A stretch of DNA of 64,000 bases. It comes from Hydrolagus affinis. Lineage: Eukaryota. The stretch spans positions 1 through 64,000 of the forward strand of contig JAAILG010001096.1 in assembly GCA_012026655.1 (NCBI GenBank), read 5' to 3'. A program made the translations under genes and the position numbers. Positions 40,766 through 54,109 of the stretch are shown piece by piece. The notes beneath the pieces are model-generated. The model saw only the letters and a list, made by a program, of their open reading frames with translations, had not been told where the DNA came from and ran no database searches. How positions within the stretch are numbered: position 1 is the stretch's first letter; every line of letters starts with the position of its first letter.

Positions 40766-42271
40766 CAAAGAAATCTTAAAATATTTTCTCCAGAACATCA
40801 CCTGCTTTATGCACTGCATTTCCATTCTCTATGCAATCTACCTACTCCTTTACTGAGTTGAAACACAAACATCATATCAGTCAGGACTATAACATTTAGT
40901 GTGACTTACATGAGTTGCAGGCAAACATGTAAGTCATATCAAATCTGATTTAATCAACAGTGTACACTCTGCAAGTGGAATTCAAATCAGTCAGTAAGTG
41001 CATCTGTGGTACTTCGTCACAGCAGTTGGTGAATGCGCATGTGGTGATAGGTCAAAAATTTCCTGCAATTCAATGCATCTTGATCCATCTCCGCATGCAT
41101 GCTCATCGGCAAGCATTGGAATTGCATTGAATCACAGGGAATTAAATTCTTCTGCGTATGCGTCAATGGATCAAAGCTATGTTTCCCGTGATTCAATGTA
41201 GCTGGTAAGTGTGGAAGTAATGGAGGATGGGGGAGCGGCATTATGTATACTGTGTATATTTATACTCTATTAGAGGACAATAGATCAAGAAAGAGCAGAA
41301 TAATAAGTCTCACTCAGATGAAGGATTTCAGGTATTTATTAGAATCTGTCAGTATTTCGCCTCACGGGGGAAAGTGTCCTATGTATTTCACAACATGCGG
41401 GAAACTGATAAGTTTGTTTTTCATGAACATATCAATGCAATGCAATAGATATTATTTATTTGGCACTGTTTATGGGACAGTTTCTACAAGTTGGCAGAAC
41501 ATTATTGCTATGAAATACAATTCTTGCCCAATATTGGAAAAAAAGAACACACTATATTGCATTATCTATATAACATACCTATTTTCAAGTCTGTTTTTGT
41601 TTCTTTTGTATGGCAATCTAATGTGTAAGTGACCTAAGGGGAGTTTTCTAAAAACATCTGCTAATGTTAAATTTTAACTCTTCTCTTCAGTACTTCAGGG
41701 TTTTCTGAAAGCTGAATACTACTAGGTTTTGATCTGTAAATTGTGATAGTAGAGACAAATCACTTGATTCTAATTGAATAACACTTGCCAAGAGTACACC
41801 ACTTTGTCATAGCACATATCATAACATTAATGTAATAAATACAGCACTTTCTCCACCTCATAAAGTTTGCTATCACTACTAGTTGCAGCGATGCTGGTAA
41901 ACAATTTCAAAAGTAGGATTTTTATGTTCATTTAGATGAGTTTTACATTTTTCCTAATCCCCCTCCCTAACCTTCTCAACCCCAAATCAATGAAATAAAC
42001 AATTACTTGCTGTGCCAAAGACTATGTTTGGGATGATGTGTTCCTTGCACAGCTGAGTAACTTAGAGAAAATAATTTTGAAAGAATTGCTCTGCTCTGTT
42101 TGTACTCACATATCTGATTTAATATCCCAAACTTTACTGTAAACTAGCCTAGCAGCTCAACAAGTCAGATTGACCTGAATGCATAGAATTTGGTTAATCA
42201 CTTTCACGACTGAATTTCACTTACCAATATGTTGCAACTGTAACGAATAAGGAAACCTGACTGCTTCTTAC

Positions 42272-42886
42272 CTATCATTCTGAGAAACGGCATTTTTTTA
42301 AGCTGATCTAGAAAATATTATACACAAGGTTTAAAAATTATCACACGAGTGCAAATCATCAATCAAATACCTTTTGGATACATTTGCCGAATGTCGAATA
42401 CTGAACAGTTATTGAATAATGGTCCAATTAAATTTATATTTTATTTAATGATGCAGTTCTGATCAGCCAGTTCATGTATATAGTACATGTCAAATTCTGT
42501 GTATTAGTAAAACAGAATATTTTGGTCACTGAATTTGCCAGTGTTCTTGCTGGGTCAAGCATTTTTCTCATATTCCAAAAACAATCGGATGGATTTGTTG
42601 CAATTACCTGTGGATGACAGATCCGTGTGACAAACTGTAACACTTTCCTGTTGTGTTTTGATGAAAAGAAAAACAGTTATAGGATAGCATTAGAGTTCCA
42701 TGAACACTTCTGTCACATTTCTTTACAAGCTTTATTGCTTGAAAGAGTATCAGCTGCACTGTGTTTTGGCTCTGTCACAGGGAATCAACTAATCTGTCTG
42801 CTGCTTAAATCAAGACTGCAAGATATGATAGGTTCCTTGACCAATTGTCATGTTTTTGTTAAATAGAAAATCATTGTCAAGACACC
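42272..42886 (-). pseudogene. Large low-complexity pseudo-exon
   Basis: Acceptor catcttcataccttgtcag, donor GATAG|gtaaga. Segments such as PVTEPKHSAADTLSSNK. Separated from the previous exon by a ~117 nt intron. Confidence 0.45.
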
Positions 42887-43003
42887 CTGACAAGGTATGA
42901 AGATGCTCACTTTACTGGAAATGCAAAACTTCCCAATTTGTCTCTTCCACGAATGATGTTACCAATGTTTCTTTGAAGGTTAAGGGCAGAAAAATCAGTT
43001 TAC

Positions 43004-43705
43004 CTCAGATGGTAAGTAGCACTGATGTCCATGAGCTCGAGGTTGTGTGTTCGAATCTTACCCTGCATCTTGTGTTCATAAGTGTGCCTTGCAGTCCAGT
43101 ACTATTGGAGGTAGAGTCATTTGGAGGAGATAAACTATTCTCCTCTGCTTGTTTTCCTGCGTTAGATGAAAGTAAAAGATCATCATTCTCAAGCGGAATG
43201 GGAAGTGCCTCATTCACCTGGCCAATATTTTTCACTCATCTTATTTCATTGTAGACAATTGAATTTGCTGTTCATCTCTTTCGTGTTTGTGGTGTGTTGG
43301 CTGATACTGATTAATTGTTTAAAGAACTTTGGCATTTTTATGTGTATATCGAACGCAATCATTGATATATTGTTATTTAACAGCACATTGGAACAATTCC
43401 TGCCTGATTTCACTCAATTGTTCTGCATTCTGGTATCTAATGTAAAAGAATCTCAGCCAGGTGCCTTTTGTTGTATTCAGGATTTCTTTAACTCTGTCAA
43501 CTATGCTACTGGACACAAAGAGACCATGGTGTATTCAGCCATTATATTTGGGAAAGTTTCAGATAAGCCACTGAATTCCATAGAAGACTTTAAACCCCTG
43601 TTGTTCTTTTGCATCTTGTTAATATGTAGCTGCCATTGGTAGATACATGTTTCATCTTCACCCTCATGTTCATGTTTCCCCTTTCCAACTCGATCAAAGG
43701 AATTT
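43004..43705 (-). pseudogene. Large pseudo-exon (NSFDRVGKGKHEHEGEDE...SSIVDRVKEILNTT...ENSLSPPNDSTS)
   Basis: Strong acceptor tattcttatttatcctttgcaccag, donor CTGAG|gtaaac. Long open stretches broken by stops and frameshifts; includes ORF 43005-43235(-). Confidence 0.6.
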
Positions 43706-44752
43706 CTGGTGCAAAGGATAAATAAGAATACTTAAACAGTCATTTTACAGGCTTGTCTTCACTAAAGAATCTGTGAAGATTTGTGGTCCTGAAGTCTTGC
43801 AATCTTTTATTTGGAACAACTTTAATAACAGAAATTGGTTCAAAGATCAGAAATGTAACAAAAAAGGAGCTTTTCCTTGGTAGAGTTTACTCAGAAGTTT
43901 CACATCACATTTTATAAGTTTATAATATAATATGCATCCTGATATTATATTCTGACTCAGAATGTTGTTTTATATTTGTAACACTCCACTGTTGAGTTTA
44001 GGAAATGGATGCAATTGCATCTTCAAAGTTGCCATTAGAAAAGAAATGTCATTCTAAAACCAAATTCTCCTTTATTACATTACAATTGAAACAAAATGGA
44101 ACTCTTGTCCCTTTAGAAAATCTTATTTTGTCTTTGTACTTTCTTATTTAGCAGGTGTGATGTAGTTGATTCAAACGTTATAGGTACATTGTAGTTTCCT
44201 TTTAATTACAAGCATATTCCACTGGATGCCTTACATTTCTATATCTTGTATTTCCCTAGATATACCTTGCTATTTCATTTTATGACTTTATTATTACAAA
44301 TCACATTCTCCTTTCGTCTTTTTTTTCCATAGGGAACTAATTTATTTTGACTACCCTCTCTTCAAAGCTAAATAATATAACCCTCATGTGAATTTATAAG
44401 CACAGAATAGATCATAATACAGCAAGTGTGGTCCCTTTATGCTTTATGATGCTTGTACCCCTTATTTTATCTGAATTTATTAAGTAAAATCAGAAACAAG
44501 GTCATAAGAATATTAGTTTTACAACCTTGCCATCCCATGTGAGAAGATAATTAAATGCTGTTATAATGAAAACCCTTACTAAGAATTCAGAAAACAAAAC
44601 CAAGCCAATATTTTTATTGAACATAGCAGCTCATGCCATGGTCATTCAAACTATTTGGGGCTAAATGCTTCTGAACTGTTTTCACAAATAGATTGTTTGC
44701 ATGCAATAAACTTTTCTAGCTTTCGAATACTGGTCTATCTTCAGTTAGTTAC

Positions 44753-45819
44753 CTTAGAATGGGTATCAGCACACCTGTACTCAATGAGCTTTCAAGCACT
44801 TTCTCTCTGAAGATTATGTTCTCGTTCATCGTAATTCTTTGTTTGAACATTCCAAATCCACTACCACTTTTACATGTGATCAAGAATACAAAAATCACAG
44901 AAATCATAATAATCCTTGCATTTGTATCATTTTATATCAGTGGGACTTTTCAAAGAGCTTCACAGGATTCACTCTGACATATAGTGACTGTGTATTTTGG
45001 AAGCAAGTGTCTGATGAATACTATTAAGAGAAATATCATCTGAAAGTGTTTGATACACATAAATATTGTCACTATTATTCTGATTCTTTCCATGATATTT
45101 CTGGCATGCTTTCTCTCTTCTATAACTGGACAATCAAGTTATATTAAGCCATGCACTTGTTTAAGCTTATTCATTAACAGATATTTAAACTGATATGTGA
45201 TATTGTGTAACTGCCATTTGTTGAACCCACACATCATTTCATCTTTGCTCAGGTCATTTACATGCTCTGGCGGTCTGAATCATTGAATCATCAGGTTGTT
45301 TTATGTCAGTTTCAGGCTCAGCTATCAAATAAGTGTCATCAGTGAATCACAGCCGTTTAGGAGCCTGTCATTTATGTTTGTTCTTAGATTCAGTGGGAGA
45401 TGTGCCATAACTGCTTCCAGCATGTTGGCGAATAAATCTAGTGATAATTTATACTCTTGTCACCCGCGCACATATACTTTTCCAAACTGGTACAGAGTGA
45501 CTCCTACAGCACTCACTGCCGCTTATTTCACTGATTATTATTAGTGCTGCGGAGATCATCTCCGCCATGAGTCACTACTTGTTGACTGCTGGATATTGCC
45601 AAATATTTGAAGAAATGGGCAAATTTGCACCTTCATCTGTCTCTTCAATTACATCTGCTGATATAATGTTCTTCCCTTTTAGATTGTGTGCACATTTGTT
45701 CTATGCTAATCAGGATGGTCGTTTTGTTATGTAAACTATATGCACCAAATCATAGATATATTGTTGTTCACTTTGTAAACAGGTACAGTTATTAATTTTC
45801 CTTAATCATCTTTGCTGTT
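44753..45819 (-). pseudogene. Large low-complexity pseudo-exon interrupted by a SINE tail
   Basis: Acceptor ataacattttag, donor CTAAG|gtaact. Segments such as NLKGKNIISADVIEETDEGANLPISS. SINE tail at ~44906-45005. Confidence 0.5.
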
Positions 45820-45977
45820 CTAAAATGTTATACATTATTTTAGTGTTTTTCTTTTAATAATCCTAATAATCCTTGCATTTGTTAAAGCAGCTTTAATATT
45901 GTTCTAATTTTGGAAGCAGATTTCCAACAGTTTTCTTCTGTGATGTTTTACTTTGGTATTCATATTTTGAATATCAG

Positions 45978-46262
45978 ATAATAATAATACTAATCATTGC
46001 ATTTCATACAAGTGCTTTTCATGTCTTCTAGGCATCTCAAAGCGCATCACAGAATATAATGTAACATGAATTGACTGCATTTTGTTGGCAAAAGGCGACA
46101 CCCAATTGTGCACAGCAGTGTCCCACAAACTGTCTTGAATTGTAATGACCAATTTTTTTTGAGGGAGTATTATTAGGCGTGTGTAAACTTGCCCAAGGTT
46201 TCACCCTGCATGGAATTGAACCCAGATCCCCTGTCTGCAAGGCGAATGCTTCAACTACTGAG
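45978..46262 (-). mobile_element. tRNA SINE, head-to-head with the next copy
   Basis: Tail, core and head present. Confidence 0.9.
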
Positions 46263-46263
46263 A

Positions 46264-46595
46264 TCAGTGGTTAGAGAACTTGCCTTGCAAGCAGGAGACC
46301 CAGGTTCCACCCCAGGCAGGGCAAAAGGTTGGGCAAGTTTCCTTACTTTACATGTCTCTCTTTACCTGGCAGTAAGTAGGAGCCTGGTTCTTAGATGATT
46401 AGTGGAACACTTTCTGGGGATAATAATCTCCCCCAATTTTTTTTAAAAAAATTTGCCCTCACCAAATATATATACAGTATATACATATAGAGTCAATGTA
46501 GAAGATAGTAATATTGAATGTACCTCTTTCTCCATGGTATCCTGTGAAGCGCTGTGAGATAGCTCAATGCTGTGATGAGGCCCTATATCAAATGA
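46264..46595 (+). mobile_element. Longer-subfamily tRNA SINE (decayed)
   Basis: tcagtggttagag head, tttacctggcagtaagtagg segment, tail near 46540-46595. Confidence 0.8.
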
Positions 46596-47788
46596 TATTG
46601 AGTTATTCAGATTTCTTACCATGATCAGCAGATTCTGCCACAGTTGTTTCACTGATGCAAATTGGTTATTTGAGTTTTCAACTGGTAGATAAATTTGGAC
46701 AATTTACAACTTTGCTAATGTTTGGCTGTCAAAATACTAGAAGCACTCAAGAGGCAAGACACTAGAATATGTCATTGAACTGTACAACTTTGCCTAATGT
46801 TTAGCTCCCAGGCCTATTCCAGTTTATCTCTATTCTACCTCAGGATCAATCACCCTTCAATCCCCATTAAATCAGTGATCTATGCATTCTCTTATTATAC
46901 GTTAGATATTCTTTTATTTTGTGTGATCACAGAAAAATTAGTCTGTCTGGATTGTTTATTATTTGTTCCATTGCAAGTCGTTATGTTCAAATTCCACCTA
47001 AATCTACTTGGCGACAAGTTCACTGAAGTATAAGATCAACACTCTTTCTTTACCACCAAGTGGCTTTACAAGTTCTGCTCAGGGAAGTCAGAACATCTCT
47101 TCATCAATAATCTAATTATTTTTCATCCTTGTTCAGAACTTGTACAATAATCAGCACATTCTGCCTTTTAAAGGTATCATACTACTTACCCATTAAATGC
47201 TTTGCATTCTGAAGTCTTTTATGTGGTGCCCTTCCTACAGGGAGATGTGCAGGGTGCTTAAAAGACTTCAGAAAGGAACTAAATGAATGTTAATATCATA
47301 AGGTGGTTTATAAAACTTTGTTTAGTCTAATCATTTGCATGTTTTTATCGGGTTGAGCTAGGTGACATTATTATACTGAGATATAAAGGCCAAGAGGTTG
47401 AAACTTGAAGCATGTTGCCTGTTATCCTCTTTGCCAGTTTTTCATGTTGTGGAGTACTGTACCTGCTTACTGATTCAAGAGCTTCTCAAACTCTAATGAC
47501 ATTTACAAGGAAGGGAGAAATCTCTCATGTTTGTCTTGTGTATTTTTTCATGTATTTTTATGCACCCAAAAGGAAGCTTTATATTTGTAAAAATTAAACC
47601 AAACTATTGAAGTGTTATTTTTCAGTTTGAGAGAAAGAATCATGGGATAAACCTATAAGTCACTTGAAAGTAGGCTGTGCTTCCAATATTTATTTGAAGA
47701 ATAAGATGTTGGTATACCAGAGAGCAGAAAAAACATTTGAGAAGAGAGGAGACAAAGCAGGAATAATATTCTTGAAAATAAATTTTAC

Positions 47789-48644
47789 TGTTTTTTCAAT
47801 ACACCATCAAAACAGTTTTTTTTAATCCTGCTTCTTTGGAGATAAGGGAACCACCACTTTGTGCTCAGAATACAGTGCTTGGATCACTTTCAGTTTCTGT
47901 CAGATGTGATTTTCAGTATGCTCTCAGGATTAAGGTTCACACTGTCAATAGTTCCCTGGAGAATAGCAGATTGTCTCACCTTCACACTCCAAGACATTAC
48001 CATCCTACCTTATGGGTTCTTTTTGAATGCAAGTTGTTGTTCACTTGTGGCCCTCATCATCAGAATTGCTGCTTACATGCTTTTGTCCCACTATTTACAA
48101 ACCGTCTGTATGTTGAGTTGATGACAGAACTGGGATGCAGTGGCATTCCCTCTCCTAGGATCTTGCTGTCCAACTACTGCAGCCCCAGAGAGATCCCACC
48201 TACCTCATAGGAATTAGTCTCAAAGGGCATTCAAAGAACTGAGTGCCCCACAAAGATTTGAATGTACAATATTCCAGTCCCAATTCCAATGCTCAACTCA
48301 CTGAATAATTTCAACATTATGGATCTGAATCACAGTGCTTGCTGTCACTCATATCTGCCTGTCTGAATTGTGTGACCTTTAGTCAGCTCATAACGAAACT
48401 CGATGGTGTGCTCCATTCATTTCAAAGACTCGACACACTGACAAGATATAACTCATCCCTTTTAATCATGTCTCCAATCAGACACTAATGGAACAGCACT
48501 GTCAGTGTCTGGGGAGAGGTTGGTGGCTTGACTTCTCCATGATCCCAGGTAAAAAAACATCCACGCTGCTTCCAGGGACTCACAGTCTCTGTGAAGACAT
48601 ATTCCTTTTAGTTCATTGTTTGTGATTATGAGGACTCAAGGGCA
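47789..48644 (-). pseudogene. Large low-complexity pseudo-exon (putative paralogue-specific insertion)
   Basis: Acceptor ttttaattcattatag. Coding-like composition (e.g. SQATNLSPDTDSAVPLVSD; HLTETESDPSTV) with stops. 3' end approximate. Confidence 0.45.
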
Positions 48645-48750
48645 CTATAATGAATTAAAATCCTGTAATCCTGTAAAAATCCTGTGAACGTCAAATGTAA
48701 ACAAAGATATAGATTGCTGCAGGACAGAAATAGGCCATTCAGCCCAATCA

Positions 48751-49011
48751 ACAACAACAACAAATTGCACTTGTATAGCGCCTTTCATGTCGGAAGGACA
48801 TCCCAAAGCGCTGAACAGTCAGGTTGGGACCCGAGCAGGGTGGGAGAGTCAGGATAAGTGGAAGGGGAAGGAGAGTGGGAGAGGGGAAGAGTTAGTGGGG
48901 GAGCCGAAGGCGTGGTCGAAGAGGAAGAGACCAGCCTTGAAAGAGGAAAGGGAGGAAGCAAGGCGGAGGGGGTGCGGGATGGAGTTCCATAGCGTGGGGG
49001 CAGGGAGGCTG
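48751..49011 (-). mobile_element. L2 LINE 3' end inserted into a CR1 3' end
   Basis: (aac)n-ttgtatagcgcctttcatgtcggaaggacatcccaaagcgct tail, flanked by aatca repeats. The CR1 3' UTR at 48710-48750 resumes at 49017. Confidence 0.85.
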
Positions 49012-49423
49012 AATCAGTCGGTATCAGTGTTTGGTCAATATGCCCTCCCCACTGTCATACCCACCTACTTTAATCTCTCAATGAAGGAAACCTGTGTAAA
49101 ACATAAGAAGTGCAAGGACTCTAGAGTAGGAGAGTAATTAGAACTGAATATGTTGCCTCTAACATACCAGGTGCAGCGGGCTCTGAAATATGTTTCTTTC
49201 TATAGCTGTAATGTTAACACATTTTAGTTTACTGAATAACAGAAGTAAATATTTTGTGAATTTTGAGAAGAGCTCTGGAAGCAGCTTTGAAGGCTCCTCA
49301 CAAAATATACTATCAAAGGGGTTGTAGACATCAGCTCCATATCCAATTTACTCAAATTGCCAGAGGTTGTATTGAAGATACATAGCAGATGTCTATGACT
49401 GACACTTGTCTCTGTATATACAG

Positions 49424-49739
49424 TGTAGCTCAGTGGTTAGACCACTCGCCTTACAAGTCTGAGACCTATGTTCGAACCCAGGCAGATCAGGGAGAAACCT
49501 TGGGCAAGTTTCCTTACTCCACACACCTAATAATAATCCCTCCAAAAAAAAAACAGCAATAAAATATTGGTCATTTCAATCCACGACTATTTGTGGGACA
49601 CTGCTATATGCAATCGGCTGCTGCATTTTGCCCACAAATATAGTCAGTTCACTTTACAGTATATTCTGTGAAGCGCATTGAGACGTCGATAAAATGTGAA
49701 AAGCTCTATATCATATGCAAGGATTACTATTATTATTAT
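49424..49739 (+). mobile_element. Near full-length tRNA SINE
   Basis: Head, B box, core, tail. Confidence 0.92.
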
Positions 49740-51251
49740 ATTTTGTAGCCAGTTAGAGTTGACCTGTAAAGTACCCAATAGCTATTGGTGCAAAATAAGT
49801 AGCTGATGGTTAATGTATAATTGAACTTGAAAAGAACACAAATGTAATGTTATATCTAATAAAATAAAACACCAAATGTTTTCTGTAAGCTATATTAACG
49901 TTCAGGGTTGTATTTTTCCTATTAGGAAAATGTGTACTTCGCATTGAGAACAAAACTACAGTTCACGTTATATCTGTCAGATTGAATGGACCAGCGTCAT
50001 TCTCTTTCCCCCCGCAATTGCTCTCCATGGTGAAATTGGAGAAACCAAGCCAGCCTGATTGCATTTTTGATTGACTGCTCATTAAGAACGGTTATACTGG
50101 CTTTTCGTATTCTACGTTTTATGCTAAACAGTAAAAAGTAAGACACTATCCTGCTAATTGCCAATTCACAGCCGGAAATTCAACCCCATAGTCTCTCAAC
50201 TCAGTATCTGCAACTTCCCCTTCTGTGTGGGAATTATCACACAGACTGTATAATGTGACCCCAATATTTCTCAAAATTGTTGTCGGCCAATTTCTATTAC
50301 GCTTTTATGGGTTCACACTAAGGTTCTTAGAGGTTCTTTAGTAGATAGGGGAGTGGGGGGGAATCATTGAAAGCACATGCTTCATACAGAAAATAATAGC
50401 AATCCGGAACTGCGGTGCATGTTCAGTACTTTAAGTCAAATCAATTCAAGATTTATTCATGTGAAACAAATGAGATGCAATATTTACCTTAATCTAAAAA
50501 TAATTAGGTCGGCATTTTTATTCACATTATGTGTAGGTATTTTATAATGTCCGTCTTTTCCATAAAAGGCCATTCATTGATCATTTTGCTTTAGGACAGA
50601 ATGAGGTTTGTGATATTATAATAAATCTGAGCGATGATGAAGAAGTTCATTAAATCTCCTGGTTGTGTCAGTCTTCCAAATCTAAAAATAATGGTTTTGC
50701 CTACTTTGTGAGGAGGGGGAAAAAAAAGATTCAGAGTTATTTTACTTGACCCACTCTACATTCCGCACATCTATTTAGTCACTGTTTGAAAAATGTACCC
50801 CTCCTATCATTTTAATTCCATTTGCTTTGCAAATGCATGGCATAAGCATGATGCAAGTTAAGAAATTGGGGGATTTATAATCCGTGGCTCATTTATGGTG
50901 TTAATAGTGTTTCAACGCCTTGGGATGTCCTTCCGACAAGAAAGGCGCTTCTATAAATGTAATTTTGTTTTGTTGTTAATCATGTATGAGATCAACCCAT
51001 CAATTACTCTGTTTATATCGAGTATATCTTAAACCACAATACACTAGTTTGGTCTATTGTTCAAGTTGTATACACCATGTACCAAATGTACAAGATGTGT
51101 AAATGTACATGTACAAAGGGAATTTCAGATCCCCTTAATTTATATCTGTGTCAATATTTACACATGGATTGCACAACTCACATTATATATTGACTGTTGC
51201 TGCAGTTGTAAAGAATCAGGGTTAATACTTCATTTGAAGTACTAGGTACTT

Positions 51252-51527
51252 CATAGAATTTTATACAGAAGGAAGCAATTAAGTCCTTTGTGTCCATGCT
51301 GGCTCTTTGAAAGAGCTGTCCAAATTAATTCCTCTCCCCTGCACTCTCCCCATAGCCCTCCAAATTTGTCTTCCCCAACATTAGGAAGGATATGTAGTGG
51401 AACAACCCTGTTATATTGATCTTGGTTATAATATAGATTCACTTATGGGTGATAATTGCTTATCCTCCTATCTAATAAAATGATGGAACAGGCTTGACAA
51501 GCTGAGTGGCCACCCCTGTTCTCATGT
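51252..51527. mobile_element. Two CR1 3' end fragments in opposite orientation (- 51252-51375; + ~51380-51527)
   Basis: catagaattttatacagaagg..ctctccccatagccct; gatggaacaggcttga..gctgagtggcc..ctgttc. Confidence 0.7.
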
Positions 51528-51851
51528 TGTTAATGGACATCAGCAAGTCTTTAACAATGATATTTTTAAATTGCTTCTTTTTCACATTAAAAAAAAAGTA
51601 ATGCAAATTATTTACTTGTTAAGTACTTTTGTACTGTTCACAACAGATTGAGTTAGAGCAACCTCTTAATTTTTGCTTCACTGATCACGACAATACTAAT
51701 GACAAATTTATATTTTATAGCGCCTTTCATGTCGGGAGGACGTGCTTGAGATCATTCACTTACAATGGTGACTAACTACTTGCCAAAACCAAGACCCTTA
51801 GGTATGTGTGTATTTCTATTTGGTTATAATTATCAGATCCCAGTCATATAC

Positions 51852-52195
51852 TTTGGCCTCCAAATGTGTTGGTATTCACTTCAGCCTCTGCTGTTACTGT
51901 CATCCGCTATGCTCTCCTGTCATCTGTCATCCACTTTGAGCTTTGACTCCACTACTACCCCCTTTGACATTCGATCCCACTTTGGCCTTTAGTGGTGCCT
52001 GAGCAGAGCTCTCTTCAGCCTCTTGTGAGAGGGCTTTGGAAAAATGTCACATTGCTTCGAGCGGTATAAGAGGGCATAAGCTATTAAATTACCATCTGTC
52101 ATCCACTGCGCTGTCAGCTGCTGTGTTCCCACTGTGTTCAGCTTCTGACTCTGGTTGTAGTCACAAAACAGTAGTGAGTACAGAATATTGGCCTT
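51852..52195 (-). pseudogene. GREB1-like pseudo-exon starting EGQYSVL, then acidic/Ser-rich sequence
   Basis: Acceptor ctatgattatttcag, phase 1. EGQYSVLTTVL*LQPESEAEHSGNTAADSAVDD resembles EGDIDILLDKF at its start. Several stops in one long frame. Confidence 0.55.
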
Positions 52196-52793
52196 CTGAA
52201 ATAATCATAGTGAATTGTTGAGTTATCTTTTATAAACATGATAAATTGGATCATTACTTGTTGCATTCCGAGGTGATAAAGCCATGTAGCTAATTTACCA
52301 ATTTTGGAGTGTAATTAAGGGTTTCACATTTTCATTGTCGGGTAAATAAGCTGGCCACTGATGCAAAACCTTCTTTCTGAGGGGAATATGTGAAATTGCC
52401 ATAATTAACCTTTTAGCAGCTGCAATTAAGTCTTAATGTAATGGTTCGGAGACCAGGTTTTATTGCAAACACCTCCAGGAATAGACACACAAATCTCTCT
52501 TGTATTAATCAAGAATTATATTAATAGCTATATAATCTAGAAACAGCAGTGTTTTATATAGTTTTCTCGGCCTGCTGGGACCTGAAGAACACTTACTAAA
52601 TTATTACCAGATCACAGTTTAACTGAATTACTTGAAGAGGCCTTATCTTTAAAGAAACACACTACCTAGATCTCTTGCATTATTTATTCTTTCATCTCTT
52701 CATGCATTAAAATCCAGTTACTATCCTGAGGTGAATCGAGTGAAGGGAAAGAGAAGCCAAGCTATCTAACCACAGGAAACCTGGCTACAAGTT

Positions 52794-53112
52794 GGAGCTC
52801 CTGTGGCTTACTGGTTAGAGCACTTGTCTTGCAAGCTGTGGAGACCAAACTGGTCTCATCACATCACCTGTGTTCGAATCCAGGCAGGTCAGGGCGAATA
52901 CCATAATACCAGGCAGGCCAGGTCCACACACCTAATAATAATCTGTCCAAAAAAAACACAATAATAAAATTGGTCATTGCAATCCACGACTGTTTGTGGG
53001 GCACTGTTGTGCGCAATTGGCTGCCGTGATTCGTCCACAAATGTACAGTCAATTCACTTTACAGTATATTCTGTGAAGCGCTTTGGGATGTCGATAAGAT
53101 GCAAGGATTATA
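52794..53112 (+). mobile_element. tRNA SINE (variant with extended anticodon-arm region)
   Basis: Head, gttcgaatcc, core, tail. Confidence 0.9.
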
Positions 53113-54109
53113 TTACAAGTTGCTGGGTCAAGCAGATGCACATGAAAGATAACAAAAATTATTGTTCCATCATACAGTCAGATTCAGCTTTGCAATTAGT
53201 TGCCTATGGAATGGACTGGTGAGCAGGATAAACAAGTTGATCAGTTATTTTACTATGAACTGCGTTACCATCACACAGAGTGATTCATTTAACGTTTAGG
53301 TTTTGAAGTAAAATACTCTAGTAACAATTGAAAAGTTATAAATCTTACTTTCAATACAGTAATTGGGTTTATTCAAGGTTGCTTTGACCAATACAATTAA
53401 TACAGCAATTTATTACACTGATACTCAATAAATTTACCTCAACCTCTGATATAATCCCCATTGTTTAGTTCTCTCTTTAATGCATAAACATATAAGACAG
53501 TATGTGGTAACATATCGTTAATAAAATATATCACAAAAGACAGCTTTATTAAGAAAGATCGATTCTCCCATATAATGTGCTGTGTTTCCTGCCATAGTAG
53601 ATCTCACCACAATCTTAATTTCAACAAAGTTTATGTTCCAGTCCATGCAGTTCATCCAATTAATATTTATTAAGAAAGCAGTTTTGTTATGCCATATTCT
53701 GGGCTGTTGCAGGTCATTGATCCCTCAAATTGCTGAGTTTCCTGTGTAAAGCATCCTTATTCTGTACTGCGCTAGGGTTAGTTGGAGACACAAATGTTTA
53801 AGGAAGGAGAAAGCAATATTATGTTTCATTTCCAACAATTTGTAGACATTGTAGAACAGTTTGTAACACTTTTCAGCTGAGTTGTTAAGACTTATAACTG
53901 GAAAACAAAACTACTGTATTGGTACTCACAAAATAGACGCTGTTCGATTCTGATCTGGTTGCATAACACTGGGGAAAATTTCCACCTCAATCTAAAATTG
54001 TACTGTTTTCTTGCAATTAGTACTTAGGACTACTGGACTTAGATGTAATACACTGATTGTCCTTTGGTGGACATATTTCTATACCGACCCCTCCCAACCT
54101 GATGTAACC

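Noticed and set aside
40902-40936. 11-bp perfect stem tgacttacatg/catgtaagtca
   Set aside because: Short and isolated; no terminator or RNA-gene context.
43166-43642. Longest ORF (158 aa, +), hydrophobic, like a membrane protein
   Set aside because: Antisense shadow of the A-rich minus-strand pseudo-exon; no splice or start context.
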